Assembly: GCA_964016885.1 (NCBI GenBank)
Contig: CAXHJY010000702.1
Location: 62,001 to 126,000, forward strand
Source: Eledone cirrhosa
Lineage: Eukaryota
Direction: 5' to 3'
Length of the DNA stretch: 64,000 nucleotides
Position 1 is the stretch's first letter; the number at the start of each line of letters is the position of its first letter. The notes under the pieces were generated by a model that was not told where the DNA came from, ran no database searches, and saw only the letters and a list, made by a program, of their open reading frames with translations. The translations under genes and the position numbers were made by a program. Of this stretch, positions 13,736 through 26,483 are shown piece by piece.

Positions 13736-14838
13736 AATGAAAAATTGAACAGGGAGAGAACAGAGAGGCAGTACGATAAATGTTTATTAAAGTCACGCTC
13801 AGGAGAGTGGGGGGTAGGTGGGGGACGACGTTTCGGGCATAAGCCCTTCTTCAGGTGAGAAGTGTGTGGGGACAGAGTTCAAAAGGTGTGTAGGGGAGTG
13901 GTGGAGAGACATATAGCGAAAGGAAACGGTGCGAATGAAAAATTAACAAATAAAGACAAAAATATAATAAATAATAAATAAAAATAAAGCATGATCAAAA
14001 TACAAGAAATGAGAAAATTTAAAAATAAAGGCATGATCAAAATAAACTGAAATTAAAAGGGGTGTAAACAGGTGGTGGAAGGGTGTGGGGTGAGTAGGGG
14101 TGGTGGCGGGTGGAGTGGGGAGAGGGAGACGGGGTGTCCGAGCGGGGAGGGCTGAAGGTGGTGTGTGTGGTTAGGTGTGCGTGTGTGTGTGTGTGTGTGT
14201 ATGTGAAAGTGAGGGTTGGGGGAAGAACGGGGTTGCATGTTCAGGAAGGTGTTTGTGGGGGGTGTTTTTGTGGGTCGGAGGGTCTGTGCGTGTGTGGATA
14301 GGGGGTGGGGGAGAGGAATCAGGAGGCTGAGGGTGTAAATATGTGGTGGGAAGCACGTGTGTGTGGTTTACGCGTGTTGTGGGTGTGGGTGGCGTGTGGA
14401 TAAAAAAAAATGTTTGGGGTGTGTGTGTGGGTGAGTTATATAGGTGATGGTGTAAGAGGATGGTTGAAAAGTTGGTAAGTTCCACGGATGTTTGGAGATT
14501 TTGGTTAGAAGTCAATATCGCGTGTGGGTAATCCAAGAAGCGGTGGTCGGAAGAGGAGAGATGTGGGGTGCGCGCGCAACAGGAAGTGGTCAGCAGTGGG
14601 AGTGCTGTGGTCAGTTGGTGCTGAGACAGTGGTCGGAAGAGCATAGCAGCAGTCGCCGGAATGGTAGGGAGGCGAGGATGGGTAGGTGTGAGAGTTGGAG
14701 TGAGGAGGGTGTGTGTGTGGGTGTGTGTGTGTGTGTGTGTGTGTGTGTATTAGTAGGGGTGTTAGTGGGATGAGTGAGAGTGGAGCGGGGAGAGAAGGGT
14801 GTGTGTGGTTCTATGGAGGGAGTGTGGTGTGCTGGTGT
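13736..14838 (-). mobile_element. Non-coding PLE-like 3'/pLTR remnant (CA-rich on the minus strand) with a hammerhead core
   Basis: HHR core about 90 bp from the end that abuts the microsatellite; no recognisable protein. Confidence 0.5.
13825..13856 (-). ncRNA. Minimal hammerhead core (weak stem I)
   Basis: CUGAAGA-A-GGGC(UUAU)GCCC-GAAACGUC, with palindromic ACGU at stem III. Only about 2 bp of stem I pair. Confidence 0.6.
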
Positions 14839-14885
14839 GTATGTATGTATATATATATGTATGTATATATATATATATATGTATG

Positions 14886-14918
<33 letters not shown>

Positions 14919-15139
14919 GTGTATGTATGTATGTATATATATATGTGTGTATATATGTATATATATATATATATATATGTTTATGTATGTATGTATATAT
15001 ATATATGTGCATGTATATATATATATATATATGTATGTATATGTATATATATATATATGTATGTATATGTATGTATATATATATATATGTATGTATGTAT
15101 ATGTATGTATGTATATATATGTATGTATATGTATTTATG

Positions 15140-15186
<47 letters not shown>

Positions 15187-15190
15187 GTAT
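14839..15190. repeat. (TA)/(TATG) microsatellite
   Basis: Direct reading. Confidence 0.95.
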
Positions 15191-15300
15191 GTTTTTCTGG
15201 TTTTATTATTTCACAAATTTTTTAACAATACAGAGAGAGTCGGTCTCTAACATAGACACAAGACTCTCTCATTAGAATTTACACATCAACTAGGTAGATT
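15191..15300 (-). mobile_element. Short 3' end of the R4/Dong-like family
   Basis: Closely similar to 8846-8953 (TTCTGGTTTTAT...GAGAGAGTCGGT...CATCAACTAGGTAGAT). Confidence 0.8.
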
Positions 15301-15421
15301 ATGTATGTATGTATGTATGTATGTATCTATGTATGTATGTATGTATGTATATGTATGTATGTATATGTATGTATGTATGTATATATATATGTATGTATAT
15401 ATATATATGTATGTAGGTATG

Positions 15422-15452
<31 letters not shown>

Positions 15453-15609
15453 GTATATGTATAGATGTATGTATGTATATATATGTATGTATATGTATGT
15501 ATGTATATGTATATATGTATGTATGTATATGTATGTATGTATATGTATGTATGTATATATATGTATATATATATATGTATGTATATATATGTATATATAT
15601 ATATGTATG

Positions 15610-15676
<67 letters not shown>

Positions 15677-15725
15677 GTATGTGTATATATGTATGTATAT
15701 ATATGTATGTATGTATATATATATG

Positions 15726-15757
<32 letters not shown>

Positions 15758-15772
15758 TGTATATATATATGT

Positions 15773-15808
<36 letters not shown>

Positions 15809-15834
15809 GTATATATATATGTATATATATATGT

Positions 15835-15870
<36 letters not shown>

Positions 15871-15883
15871 GTATATATATATG

Positions 15884-15918
<35 letters not shown>

Positions 15919-16019
15919 GTATATATATATGTATATGTATGTATATGTATATATATATGTATATGTATGTATATATATATATATATGTATATATATGTAT
16001 CTATGTATGTATATATATG

Positions 16020-16052
<33 letters not shown>

Positions 16053-16220
16053 GTATGTATGTATATATATGTATGTATGTGTATGTATATATATATATGT
16101 ATGTGTAAGTATGTATATATATGTATGTATATATGTATGTATATATATATATGTATGTGTATGTATATATATATATATGTATGTGTATGTATGTATATAT
16201 ATGTATGTATATATGTATGT

Positions 16221-16261
<41 letters not shown>

Positions 16262-16365
16262 TATATATGTATATGTATGTATGTATATGTATGTATGTAT
16301 ATATATATATATATGTGTATGTATACGTATGTATATATATATATATGTGTGTATGTATATGTATG

Positions 16366-16409
<44 letters not shown>

Positions 16410-16621
16410 TGTATATGTATGTATGTATATGTATGTATGTATATATATATATGTATATGTATGTATATATGTATGTATGTATATATATATATATGTATGT
16501 ATGTATATGTATGTATATGTATGTATATATATGTATGTATATGTATGTATGTATATGTTTATATGTATGTATGTATATTTATGTATATGTATGTATGTAT
16601 ATGTATGTATGTATGTATATG

Positions 16622-16698
<77 letters not shown>

Positions 16699-16763
16699 GT
16701 ATGTGTATATATGTATGTATATATATGTATGCATGTATATATGTATATGTATGTATGTATATT

Positions 16764-16795
<32 letters not shown>

Positions 16796-16820
16796 TATAT
16801 ATATGTATATATATGTATGT
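15301..16820. repeat. (TATG)/(TA) compound microsatellite
   Basis: Direct reading. Confidence 0.97.
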
Positions 16821-17648
16821 TTCTCCCTAAAAATGAAAGGCAGGTTGTACGATGCCTGCATACGAACAGCAATGTTGCATGGCAGTGAGACCTGGGCATT
16901 GTGTGCAGAGGATATACGCAGACTAGAGAGAAACTAAGCTTGCATGCTCCGCTGGATGTGTAATAGTAATATACTTGAACGACAAAGCATAAACGAACTA
17001 AGGAAAAAATTAGAAATAAGAGGGATCAGATGTTGTTTACTCGAGAGAAGGCTACGTTGGTATGGTCACGTGATGCGCATGAAGGATGATATCTGTATAA
17101 CAAAGTGCAGGGCAATAAAGATAGACGGTAGCCACGGAATAGGCAGACCCAGAAAAACCTGGGACGAGCTGATAAACTCCGACCTCACACACTTACACCT
17201 CACCAAGACAATGTCACTGTACCGAGACCTTTGGCGGTACTCAGTAATAGAGAAGACCCGCCTTACCTAAATACAAAGTAAAACCTACTACACCAGTAGG
17301 CATCTCTAACAAAATACACCGCCGTCCCACCACCCCATCCACACCGCCCCCTTCTATGTAAAGTTATGTTGGTGCCGCACCATCCAGGCCGAAACAAATG
17401 AGATCGTGTAGGTGTCCCGACAAAAAAACACACAGTCCACGCTGTAATGTGGCCGTGTAGGCAACACGGTAAAAACCTCCCAGACCCACACTGTAAATGT
17501 GGTTGGTGTTAGGAAGGGCATCCAACTGTAGAAAACCTGCCAGACAGTCCTATGCGAGCAAGACAACCACTCTTGCCTCAAGTGGGAAAACCCCCGTCCA
17601 AACCCATGCAAGCGTGGAACACGGACGTTAAACGTTGATGATGATGAT
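16821..17648 (+). mobile_element. RTE LINE 3' fragment
   Basis: [25 protein letters not shown]..., in-frame stop at 16935-16937, [12 protein letters not shown], full 3'UTR and (GAT)n tail. Confidence 0.93.
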
Positions 17649-17679
17649 ATATATATATATATATGTATGTGTATGTATG

Positions 17680-17712
<33 letters not shown>

Positions 17713-17848
17713 ATATATATATATATATGTATGTGTATGTATGTATATGTATATATGTATGTATATATATATATGTATGTGTATGTATGTATATGTATGT
17801 ATGTATATATATATATATGTGTACGTATATGTATATATATATATATAT

Positions 17849-20800
17849 ATTCAGTTATTAGTAGTATTCCAAAGCTTGGTAGAACAAGTTGTGAGGAAAG
17901 TTCTCAACATACGTTAAGGTGACTCGACAGGTTGGTAGGGATTCTGTAGTGGAAACACGAACAAACGAGGAGTGCAATCAAAGAAGAGAAATAGGACGAA
18001 GGTAAACAGTTACAAAAGAATTTAATCCACGTATTAACAATTGTTTCATCAGAGTTTCAGTCCATTATTGCTACACTATGTTATAATAGGCAATCAAGAA
18101 AGATACTGTGGCATCCGAATTTTCAAAATACAAAGTTGGAATGACCTTAGGAAATGAAATAAGGGGTAGTAGTGTAAGATAGAGGAAGAGATAGAGAGAG
18201 GGGCAAAAGAGAGGGAGAGAGAGAGAGAAAAGGGATGGAGGTAGGGAGAGAAAGAGAAAGAGATAGTGTGGTGTGAGAGGATTTGTATATGGAAGGGGAG
18301 GAGGGTTGTGTGCTAAAAGTTGTAGAGGGAGAGAGAAGGAAGATAGAATTTTAAGAGGTATTTGGAAGTGGACAGGCGAAAGTCTTACCAGAGAACAGAT
18401 GAAGGAAGAAAGTATTAAATTTCATATATAGTCTATTTTTAGGGGTGTAGAATTGTTATTTAGGGTAGAAAGATAGGTAGTGTCAGGATTTGGTTGAAGG
18501 TTTGAAGTGTGAGAATTTCGCTTTCAGTTTATGCTGGCAAAAAATTGACCTTTCAATTTTGTTGTTGAGTAGTTGGTGGCTTGAGCTTAGGATATGGAAG
18601 AGCTCATTATTACACAGCGGGCACGTTTTCATCCCACTCCGGTATGGAGGAGCATGTGAGAGTTTGGTCCATTTAAGGGTGTATTGTCGGTTACTCCCTT
18701 TTTAAGTGCCAAATTTTGTCGGCGAGAGTCATTACGTAACGGTGTTGGTGGTGCTTTATTGCGTAACGATGCGTGTACCAACGAGTTTTGAAGGTGTTTG
18801 CAGTGCTGCCTATGTAGTGCCAGGTTTGGTTGCCCGACTCAACCGAGCACCTGTACACTAGGTTTGAATGCAAACATTCGTTATTCAATGGACAAGTCTC
18901 TGGAAGGTGGCAATTACAATTTCTGTTATGGGCAGTGCTGGAGTTATAGGTGGGCTGGGATGTGTGTGTGAGTGTGTTTTGTGCATACTGATTGTTAGTG
19001 GGTGGTTGTGTATTAGGTGTATTATTGTGTTGAGTGATTGGGGTGTTGTTGTTACGGAGTTTTTTGGCGTTGAGCATCTTAATGTGTGCGTCTAGGTTTG
19101 GTGCAGTGGAATAAGATAGTCTAATTGCTTTGGTATTAAGTATACTACTATATTTATGTGAATTTGGAAAGTGTTTTTTTATAATTTTGTAGAATGTGGA
19201 AGGTAAGTTAGAGCTAATAGAAGAGTTAAAAATAGGATTATACCAAATGTAAGATCTACTCCGTGTTCTGTTTTGCTTTGATGTTGCTGTTGTATTTGTG
19301 GTGTGGTTAGTATTAGGGGGTCTAGGTGCGTATGTGCGGGTGTTTGTGGGGGCGTTTGGCGTGTCTGTGGTTATGTGTTTTATGGTTGTGTGGGTCCATG
19401 TATTCTAGTTTGTCGGTGTGGCCAACCCGTTCTAATGCAGTGTTGTAGTATTCAGCGTGTTGATCGAATATTTGTTGGTTAGATGAGAGGCGGGATATTC
19501 TAAGTGATATACTATGTGGCACGGACTTATAATAGATAGTGGGTGGTTAGAGCTAGTGTGGATGTAGGTGAGGTTCTCATTGTTTTTGTGAAAGGGTGTG
19601 ATAATTTGGGTGTTGAGGTTGAAGGTGGCATCTAGGAAGTTAACTACTTTGGTACTATATTCGTAGGTGATTTTAAGGCCAAGGCTATCTAGGGTTCTTC
19701 TAATGCTCTTACGGGTTCGTTCTATGTTTTGTTTATTCATGTTTTTAACTAATAGGAGAGCGTCATCTCTATATATTCCGCCTTGAAGGTAACTAACTTT
19801 ATTGTGTAAGGTGTGGGCTATGTATATACCAACAATATCCGTAACTTGTGCTGAGTCATTAGCACCCATAGTTATGTCAAAGTTATCTATTCTATCCTTA
19901 CGTATCCAAAAGTTATTTTCAAATTTAATTATCGTCTTTCTAGCTGCTAGGATAATGTTCATTTCGTCGTCGGTTAAGTCAGAGTTGGCTTTCGCAAATT
20001 CTAGTGCCTTGTTTAGAGTATCGGGTGATATGGAGGAGTAATAGTCATTAATGTCGAATTGTATAAAGTTAGAGGTATTTTTGTTATCTATACTATTAAA
20101 CCATTTAATTGTGTCGCTAGTATTGTCCCAAAGTTTAATAACTAGTTTATTCCTTAATTGTATTATTATTCTATCTAAAATATGCTTGCTAATTTTACCT
20201 ATGTCTGACTTAGATGGGCATATTAATCTAATAGTGGGTTTATCTAGGAAATCTAATTTGTGGTCCTTAAGATTAAAGGTGGGGGTGCAAGTTGTCATGG
20301 GCTCAGTTCTATCTTCAAGTTCTAGACTTTTGACAATATGATGTGCTTGTTTGTTGATGTTAAGTAGTGCTTTGTTATTGGTTTTCTTATATTTTTTATG
20401 TAATTCCTTTCGTATATGGTCGTGGTAAGTATTAATGTCCATTGTGTTCACGTTAGATGTTTTATCCGCTTTGACAATAATCCCGTTAGTGGTGCGCAGC
20501 TTGTTTAGAAAGGTATCCATGTCTTTATGAAGCTTGTTGGTTTTGAACTTCTTATATTTAGTATTCATGACCATTTTAAGTAAGTCCTGTTCGAAGGCGT
20601 CCAGTAGAGGATTAGTGGGTGGGTTTTTACAGGAGTTGAACCCATATGTATTTTTCCAGAGTTCGCGGTATAATCCTTACGTCCTTTGTCGAAGTGGAAT
20701 GTTTTCCATCTGACGCGGCGTATGAAATCATTGGTGTGCTGGATCATGCCAAGAGTATAATCCTTCCTTTTGGGTAAAGGTATATTCTTTAGGGACATAC

Positions 20801-21236
20801 CAATGTAATGTTTTTCCATGTCCAAGGCGTAAGTTGAAGTGGTGGCTCAACCAGATAAGAGCATAAATTCAGTTATTAGGAGTATTCCAAAGCTTGGTAG
20901 AACAAGTTGTGAGGAAATTTCTCAACATACGTTAAGGTGACTCGACAGGTTGGTAGGGATTCGGTAGTGGAAACACGAACAAACGAGGAGTGTAATCAAA
21001 GAAGAGAAATAGGACGAAGGTAAACAGTTACAAAAGAATTTAATCCACGTATTAACAATTGTTTCATCAGAGTTTCAGTCCATTATTGCTACACTATGTT
21101 ATAATAGGCAATCAAGAAAGATACTGTAGCATCCGAATTTTCAAAATACAAAGTTGGAATGACCTAAGGAAATGAAATAAGGGGTAGTAGTGTAAGATAG
21201 AGGAACAGAGAGAGAGAGAGAGGGGCAAAAGAGAGG

Positions 21237-21267
<31 letters not shown>

Positions 21268-21324
21268 GATGGAGGTAGGGAGAGAAAGAGAAAGAGATAG
21301 TGTGGTGTGAGAGGATTTGTATAT
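17849..21324 (-). mobile_element. Near-full-length Penelope-like element (Naiad-like) flanked by direct pLTRs
   Basis: Direct repeats at 17849-18290 and 20867-21324 flank a disrupted RT + GIY-YIG ORF. Both ends merge into TA microsatellites. Confidence 0.88.
18483..20825 (-). pseudogene. PLE polyprotein (RT + C-terminal GIY-YIG endonuclease) with about 4 frame disruptions
   Basis: SLKNIP, RWK, KADKT, LKDHK, FDINDYYSSI, TMGANDSAQ, IYRDD, VNFLD, SNHP, WYNP, KHFP, CNC..CPL..CL..NLVY, YIGST...FKTRWYTH; after a frameshift near 18700, CPLC...CQH to the stop at 18483. Confidence 0.88.
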
Positions 21325-21476
21325 ACATACATATATACATACATATATACATACATATACATATACATATATATATATACATATATGTATATGTATGTAT
21401 ATGTATGTATGTATATGTATGTATATATATGTATATGTATGTATATGTATGTATGTATGTCTATATATATATATGT

Positions 21477-21890
21477 CCGGGAGAGATGACCCCTTAGCCT
21501 TTGTCAAGGCAGAATTCTAGGAGAAGGAAAACTCTGATATAACACCTGCGACTCTGATGGTATCCAATGATGTTGACTTGTTCTTCTTTTTGGTAAATAT
21601 CATCTTGGTTAAGAGAGTGGGACTGGCTTTGTGCAGTGCCTTTGCTCACTATAAAAGCTTCACGGCACAGGCATTGCTTTATATCTGGAGATCTCTCTGC
21701 ACTTGTCGTCACATGGTACCATGGGCCCAGCACTATGTGTCAATAATTGTCACAAGTGTAGTGTTTGTTCCAGAGTTTTCAAGTCGCTGGCTGGACTAAA
21801 AAGTCACACCCGTTCGGCGCATCGGTAGGGGTTCTCCTATATGGATATAAAGTAGTGGCCGTACTCGAAAACGAGTTGGCAGCCACCATA
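21477..21890 (+). mobile_element. Short non-autonomous RTE derivative (5'UTR-like head fused to 3' zinc finger and 3'UTR)
   Basis: The head has CTAGGAGAAGGAAAACTCTGA, which I recognise from RTE 5'UTRs. 21748-21828 encodes [26 protein letters not shown]. The end has the hairpin ACTCGAAAACGAGT. Confidence 0.6.
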
Positions 21891-22112
21891 TATATATGTA
21901 TATGTATGTATATATGTATGTATATGTATGTATTTATATATATATATATGTATATGTATGTATAGATGTATGTATATGTATATGTATATGTATGTATGTA
22001 TATATATATGTATATGTATGTATATATGTATGTATATGTATGTATGTATAGATGTATGTATATGTATGTATGTATATATATATATATGTGTATGTATGTA
22101 TATATATATGTG

Positions 22113-22153
<41 letters not shown>

Positions 22154-22188
22154 ATGTATGTATATATATAGATATATATATATGTGTG

Positions 22189-22251
<63 letters not shown>

Positions 22252-22254
22252 ATG

Positions 22255-22290
<36 letters not shown>

Positions 22291-22587
22291 TATATATATA
22301 TATGTGTATGTATGTATGTATATATATATATATGTGTATCTATGTATATATATATATATGTGTATGTATGTATATATATATATATGTGTATATATATATA
22401 TATGTGTATATATGTGTATGTATGTATATGTATGTGTATGTATGTATATATATATATATATGTGTATATATGTATGTATATATATATATATGTGTATGTA
22501 TGTATGTATATATATATATGTGTGCATGTATGTATATATATATATATATATGTGTATGTGTGTATATATATATCTATATATATATAC
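21891..22587. repeat. (TA)/(TG)/(TATG) microsatellite
   Basis: Direct reading. Confidence 0.95.
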
Positions 22588-23103
22588 GTACGTTATTCCG
22601 GGTTGAATCGGAGGTAACCACAGTAAGTAAGGTACTCAATACATTGCAGAGTATAAAGGATTTAATATAGATGAGATTCTACAGGACTAGAACTGTTTCA
22701 TTCTTTAGAAATCATCAGGAGTCCCTGTATGATTCTATATATGTGTATGTATGTATATATATATATATGTGTATGTATGTATATATATATATGTGTATGT
22801 ATGTATGTATATATATATGTGTATGTATGTATGTATATATATATATATATGTGTGTATGTGTGTATATATATATATATATATATGTACGTACGTTATTCC
22901 GGGTTGAATCGGAGGTAACCACAGTAAGTAAGGTACTCAATACATTGCAGAGTATAAAGGTTTTAATATAGATGAGATTCTACAGGACTAGAACTGTTTC
23001 ATTCTTTAGAAATCATCAGGATTCCTGATGATTTCTAAAGAATGAAACAGTTCTAGTCCTGTAGAATCTCATCTATATATATATATGTGTGTGTGTGTGT
23101 ATG

Positions 23104-23138
<35 letters not shown>

Positions 23139-23292
23139 ATGTATATATATATATATATATAGGGCTTATAAAGGTTTTAATATAGATGAGATTCTACAGG
23201 ACTAGAACTGTTTCATTCTTTAGAAATCATCAGGATTCCTGATGATTTCTAAAGAATGAAACAGTTCTAGTCCTGTAGAATCTCATCTATAT
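22586..23292. mobile_element. Cluster of duplicated and folded-back HHR-bearing pLTR-like fragments
   Basis: Direct repeat at about 22586-22720 and 22887-23021. Palindromes at 22966-23078 and 23180-23292. Core CUGAUGA-U-UUCU(AA)AGAA-U-GAAAC is present on both strands. Confidence 0.7.
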
Positions 23293-23314
23293 ATATATAT
23301 GTGTGTGTGTGTGT

Positions 23315-23358
<44 letters not shown>

Positions 23359-23377
23359 ATGTATATATATATATATA

Positions 23378-24419
23378 TTTAGGGCCCTTCTAAATTTGTA
23401 GGCTAGTTCGCCTCTAGAGGCGAACTAGCCTACAAATTTAGAAGGGCCCTAAAGAAACATAATCTCAATATTAAGATAGTAGAAAGACCTGGTACCTCCG
23501 TAAAAACACTTATTAGCAAGACATACCCGTTCCAAAGACCCTCATGTATAGATAAGAAATGTATAACCTGTAAAATAAGCCCCCATATTAACTGTAAAAC
23601 TAGAAATGTAGTATATAGCATAAGATGTACTGAGGGACAATGTAGAAACAAAAATATAGTGTACATAGGTGAGACAGCTCGTAGTATAGGGGAACGAATA
23701 AATGAACACTGGCGAGACCTCCAAGATAGTAAAGAATCATCTGTGCTCTACCAACATGCTAAGATAGAACACAGGGGTAAATTAGAGAGCATAGAAATAA
23801 AAATAGAATCCACACACAAGAAAGACGCAATGTTTAGGCAAATTACAGAGGCAGTAAGCATAAAAGAATTAAAACCAAAATTAAATAGAAAATATGAGTG
23901 GAACAGCAACATCACAACTTACAATTAAGGACAAAATGAAAACACACACACACATAGAACAAACAACTTACAATTGAAAACACACACAAAATGAAAACAC
24001 ACAAGACAAAATGAAAACACACACACACATAGAACAAACAACCAACCAACAATAAATAAATAAATAAACAAACAAATATAAATAGAAAAATAGAAAAATG
24101 AACACAAACACACACAGACACCCGGATGTGGCGCATGCGCAAACTGAGCACGCAACCCACACACAAACAAAATGGCGTAGGATAGAAGAAAGAAAAGGCA
24201 CAGAAACGAAGAAAGAAATCCCCAGTCACTGAAGAGGTCACAGAGTGTGTGACGAAAGAACTATGACTATATATATATAAACAACTATCTGGTTGTGGAA
24301 CCAACCAACCAACCAGAAATTTATAAATTTGTAAATTTATAAATATATATTAAATTAAATTGAAGTGAAAGCAACTGGTGCGTGTGTTTCTTATTGGCAA
24401 CATGACCCTCCCAAAGTAT

Positions 24420-24425
<6 letters not shown>
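23378..24425 (+). mobile_element. 5'-truncated PLE (Neptune-like GIY-YIG C-terminus, 3'UTR/pLTR) with a 5' fold-back palindrome
   Basis: Frame about 23422-23928 reads ...CIDKKCITC...NCKTRNVVYSIRC..C...YIGETARSIGERINEH...RQITEAVSI...LNRKYEW. Palindrome at 23378-23453 and an HHR downstream. Confidence 0.88.
24224..24268 (+). ncRNA. Minimal type I hammerhead ribozyme in a PLE pLTR
   Basis: AGUCA-CUGAAGA-G-GUCACA(GAGUG)UGUGAC-GAAAG-AA-CUA/UGACU; stem I is AGUCA:UGACU. Confidence 0.8.
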
Positions 24426-24467
<42 letters not shown>

Positions 24468-24651
24468 GTATATATGTATATATATATATATATGTATGTA
24501 TATATATTTATGTATATGTATATATGTATATATATATATATATGTATGTATATATATTTATATATATGTGTGTATGTATGTTACATATGTATGTATGTAT
24601 GTATGTATGTATATACATATATGTATGTATATATTTATGTCTGTATGTATG

Positions 24652-24683
<32 letters not shown>

Positions 24684-24717
24684 TGTATGTATGTATGTAT
24701 GTATGTATGTATGTATG

Positions 24718-24748
<31 letters not shown>

Positions 24749-25240
24749 GTATGTATGTATGTGTATGTATGTATATATATAAATGAAAGGTATAGAAGTT
24801 GTTTTAGCGAGAAGCTAATAGTATTCTATAATATATAGAAGCTAATAGTATTCTTTGTATATATATATGTATGTATGTGTATGGATATATTTATATATAT
24901 ATATGTATGTATATGTATGTATATATATGTATGTATGTATATGTATGTATGTATGTATGTATATATGTATGTATGTATATATGTATGTATATATGTATGT
25001 ATGTATATATGTATGTATGTATGTATGTATATGTATGTACATATATGTGTGTATGTATATGTATGTACATATATGTGTGTATGTGTATGTATGTACATAT
25101 ATGTGTGTATGTGTATGTATGTATATATATGTGTGTATGTGTATGTATGTACATATATGTGTGTATGTGTATGTATGTATATATATGTATGTATGTGTAT
25201 GTATGTATATATATGTATGTATACTTATGTATACATACAT
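24424..25240. repeat. (TA)/(TATG)/(TGTA) microsatellites with a short unique interruption at about 24781-24856
   Basis: Direct reading. Confidence 0.93.
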
Positions 25241-25688
25241 ACAGATTTTAAATTATGATAATGAAACATACACACAGAATACTTCACAAAGTAATTCATT
25301 CACATCTATATCAAAGTAGGAATCAATATCAACATTTAGATCCCATAATACTATACCAAAAATATTTACCTCCTAAATTATGCAGTACACATGGACTTTT
25401 ATGGTGCTTCTATTTCCATTAAATCCAAGAACTGGAATTGGTAATTACTAGGTAGAATTTCTTTAAAAGGAACAAAGGAAGTCTCTCTTGTACTTTCAGT
25501 GTCTTTGAATAAGTTTTTCAGAGAGTTGCTTTCAGTGTTTCTACATGTAGAAATAAGTGTGTGTTCACAATGGCACTAACTCTGTGTTGCTGAGAATAAA
25601 GGCTTATATATAACCATACACACAACGAGAATATTTGTTCATTTTTTATTCAAAAACATTCTATATTTGGGTCCACTTATAACTTTAC

Positions 25689-25874
<186 letters not shown>

Positions 25875-25884
25875 AAAGAATAGA

Positions 25885-26279
25885 GGTGTAACACACAAGT
25901 TATTATATACTGGTAAGCGGAATAGAAAATGCTGACCTTCAAAGAAGGACAACGTTTTATAGTAAAACACAATTTCACATGTGCATCGGAAAATCTAATA
26001 TATGTATTAACTTGCTCAGGTTGTCGAGAACAATACATAGGCCAGACCAAAAACAGCCTCCGCCAACGCATGACTGTCCATAGATCCCAAATTAAAATAC
26101 GGGAATACAGGAAAATACCACTGAGTGAACACATTGATACCTGTGTCGCCCAAAATCATCCCAAATTCAGAATCTTTCCCCTCTACAAATTTAAAGATAA
26201 TGCCACCCACACCCAGCGCATCAGCAAGGAATCTTACTTTATTAACAAATATGGACCCCGTCTAAACACTTCTCCCTAA
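25885..26279 (+). pseudogene. GIY-YIG endonuclease fragment of a second PLE family
   Basis: FTCASENLIYVLTCSGCREQYIGQTKNSLRQRMTVHRSQI...SEH...KESYFINKYGPRLN; in-frame stops upstream. Confidence 0.85.
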
Positions 26280-26483
26280 GACGAACCCACAACATACATA
26301 CCTACATCAGCACACATCTCTACCCACATATAAACACAATGACATACGTAAACACACATGTTCTATGGTGCAACACAAATATACACAAATTTGCATACCT
26401 TTTGATGTCTATAGATATAAACGTGCCGACACACACACATACATAAACGCACACATGCATTGCATACTGATGGGCACATACAT

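Noticed and set aside
18030-18100. Hammerhead in the Naiad-like pLTR (CTGATGAAAC on the minus strand)
   Set aside because: No stem II between CUGAUGA and GAAA and no convincing stem I, so it is not called.
18483-20825. Selenocysteine (UGA) recoding as reported for some Naiads
   Set aside because: The breaks I examined look like frameshifts or TAA/TAG stops; I saw no in-frame TGA at a conserved Cys.
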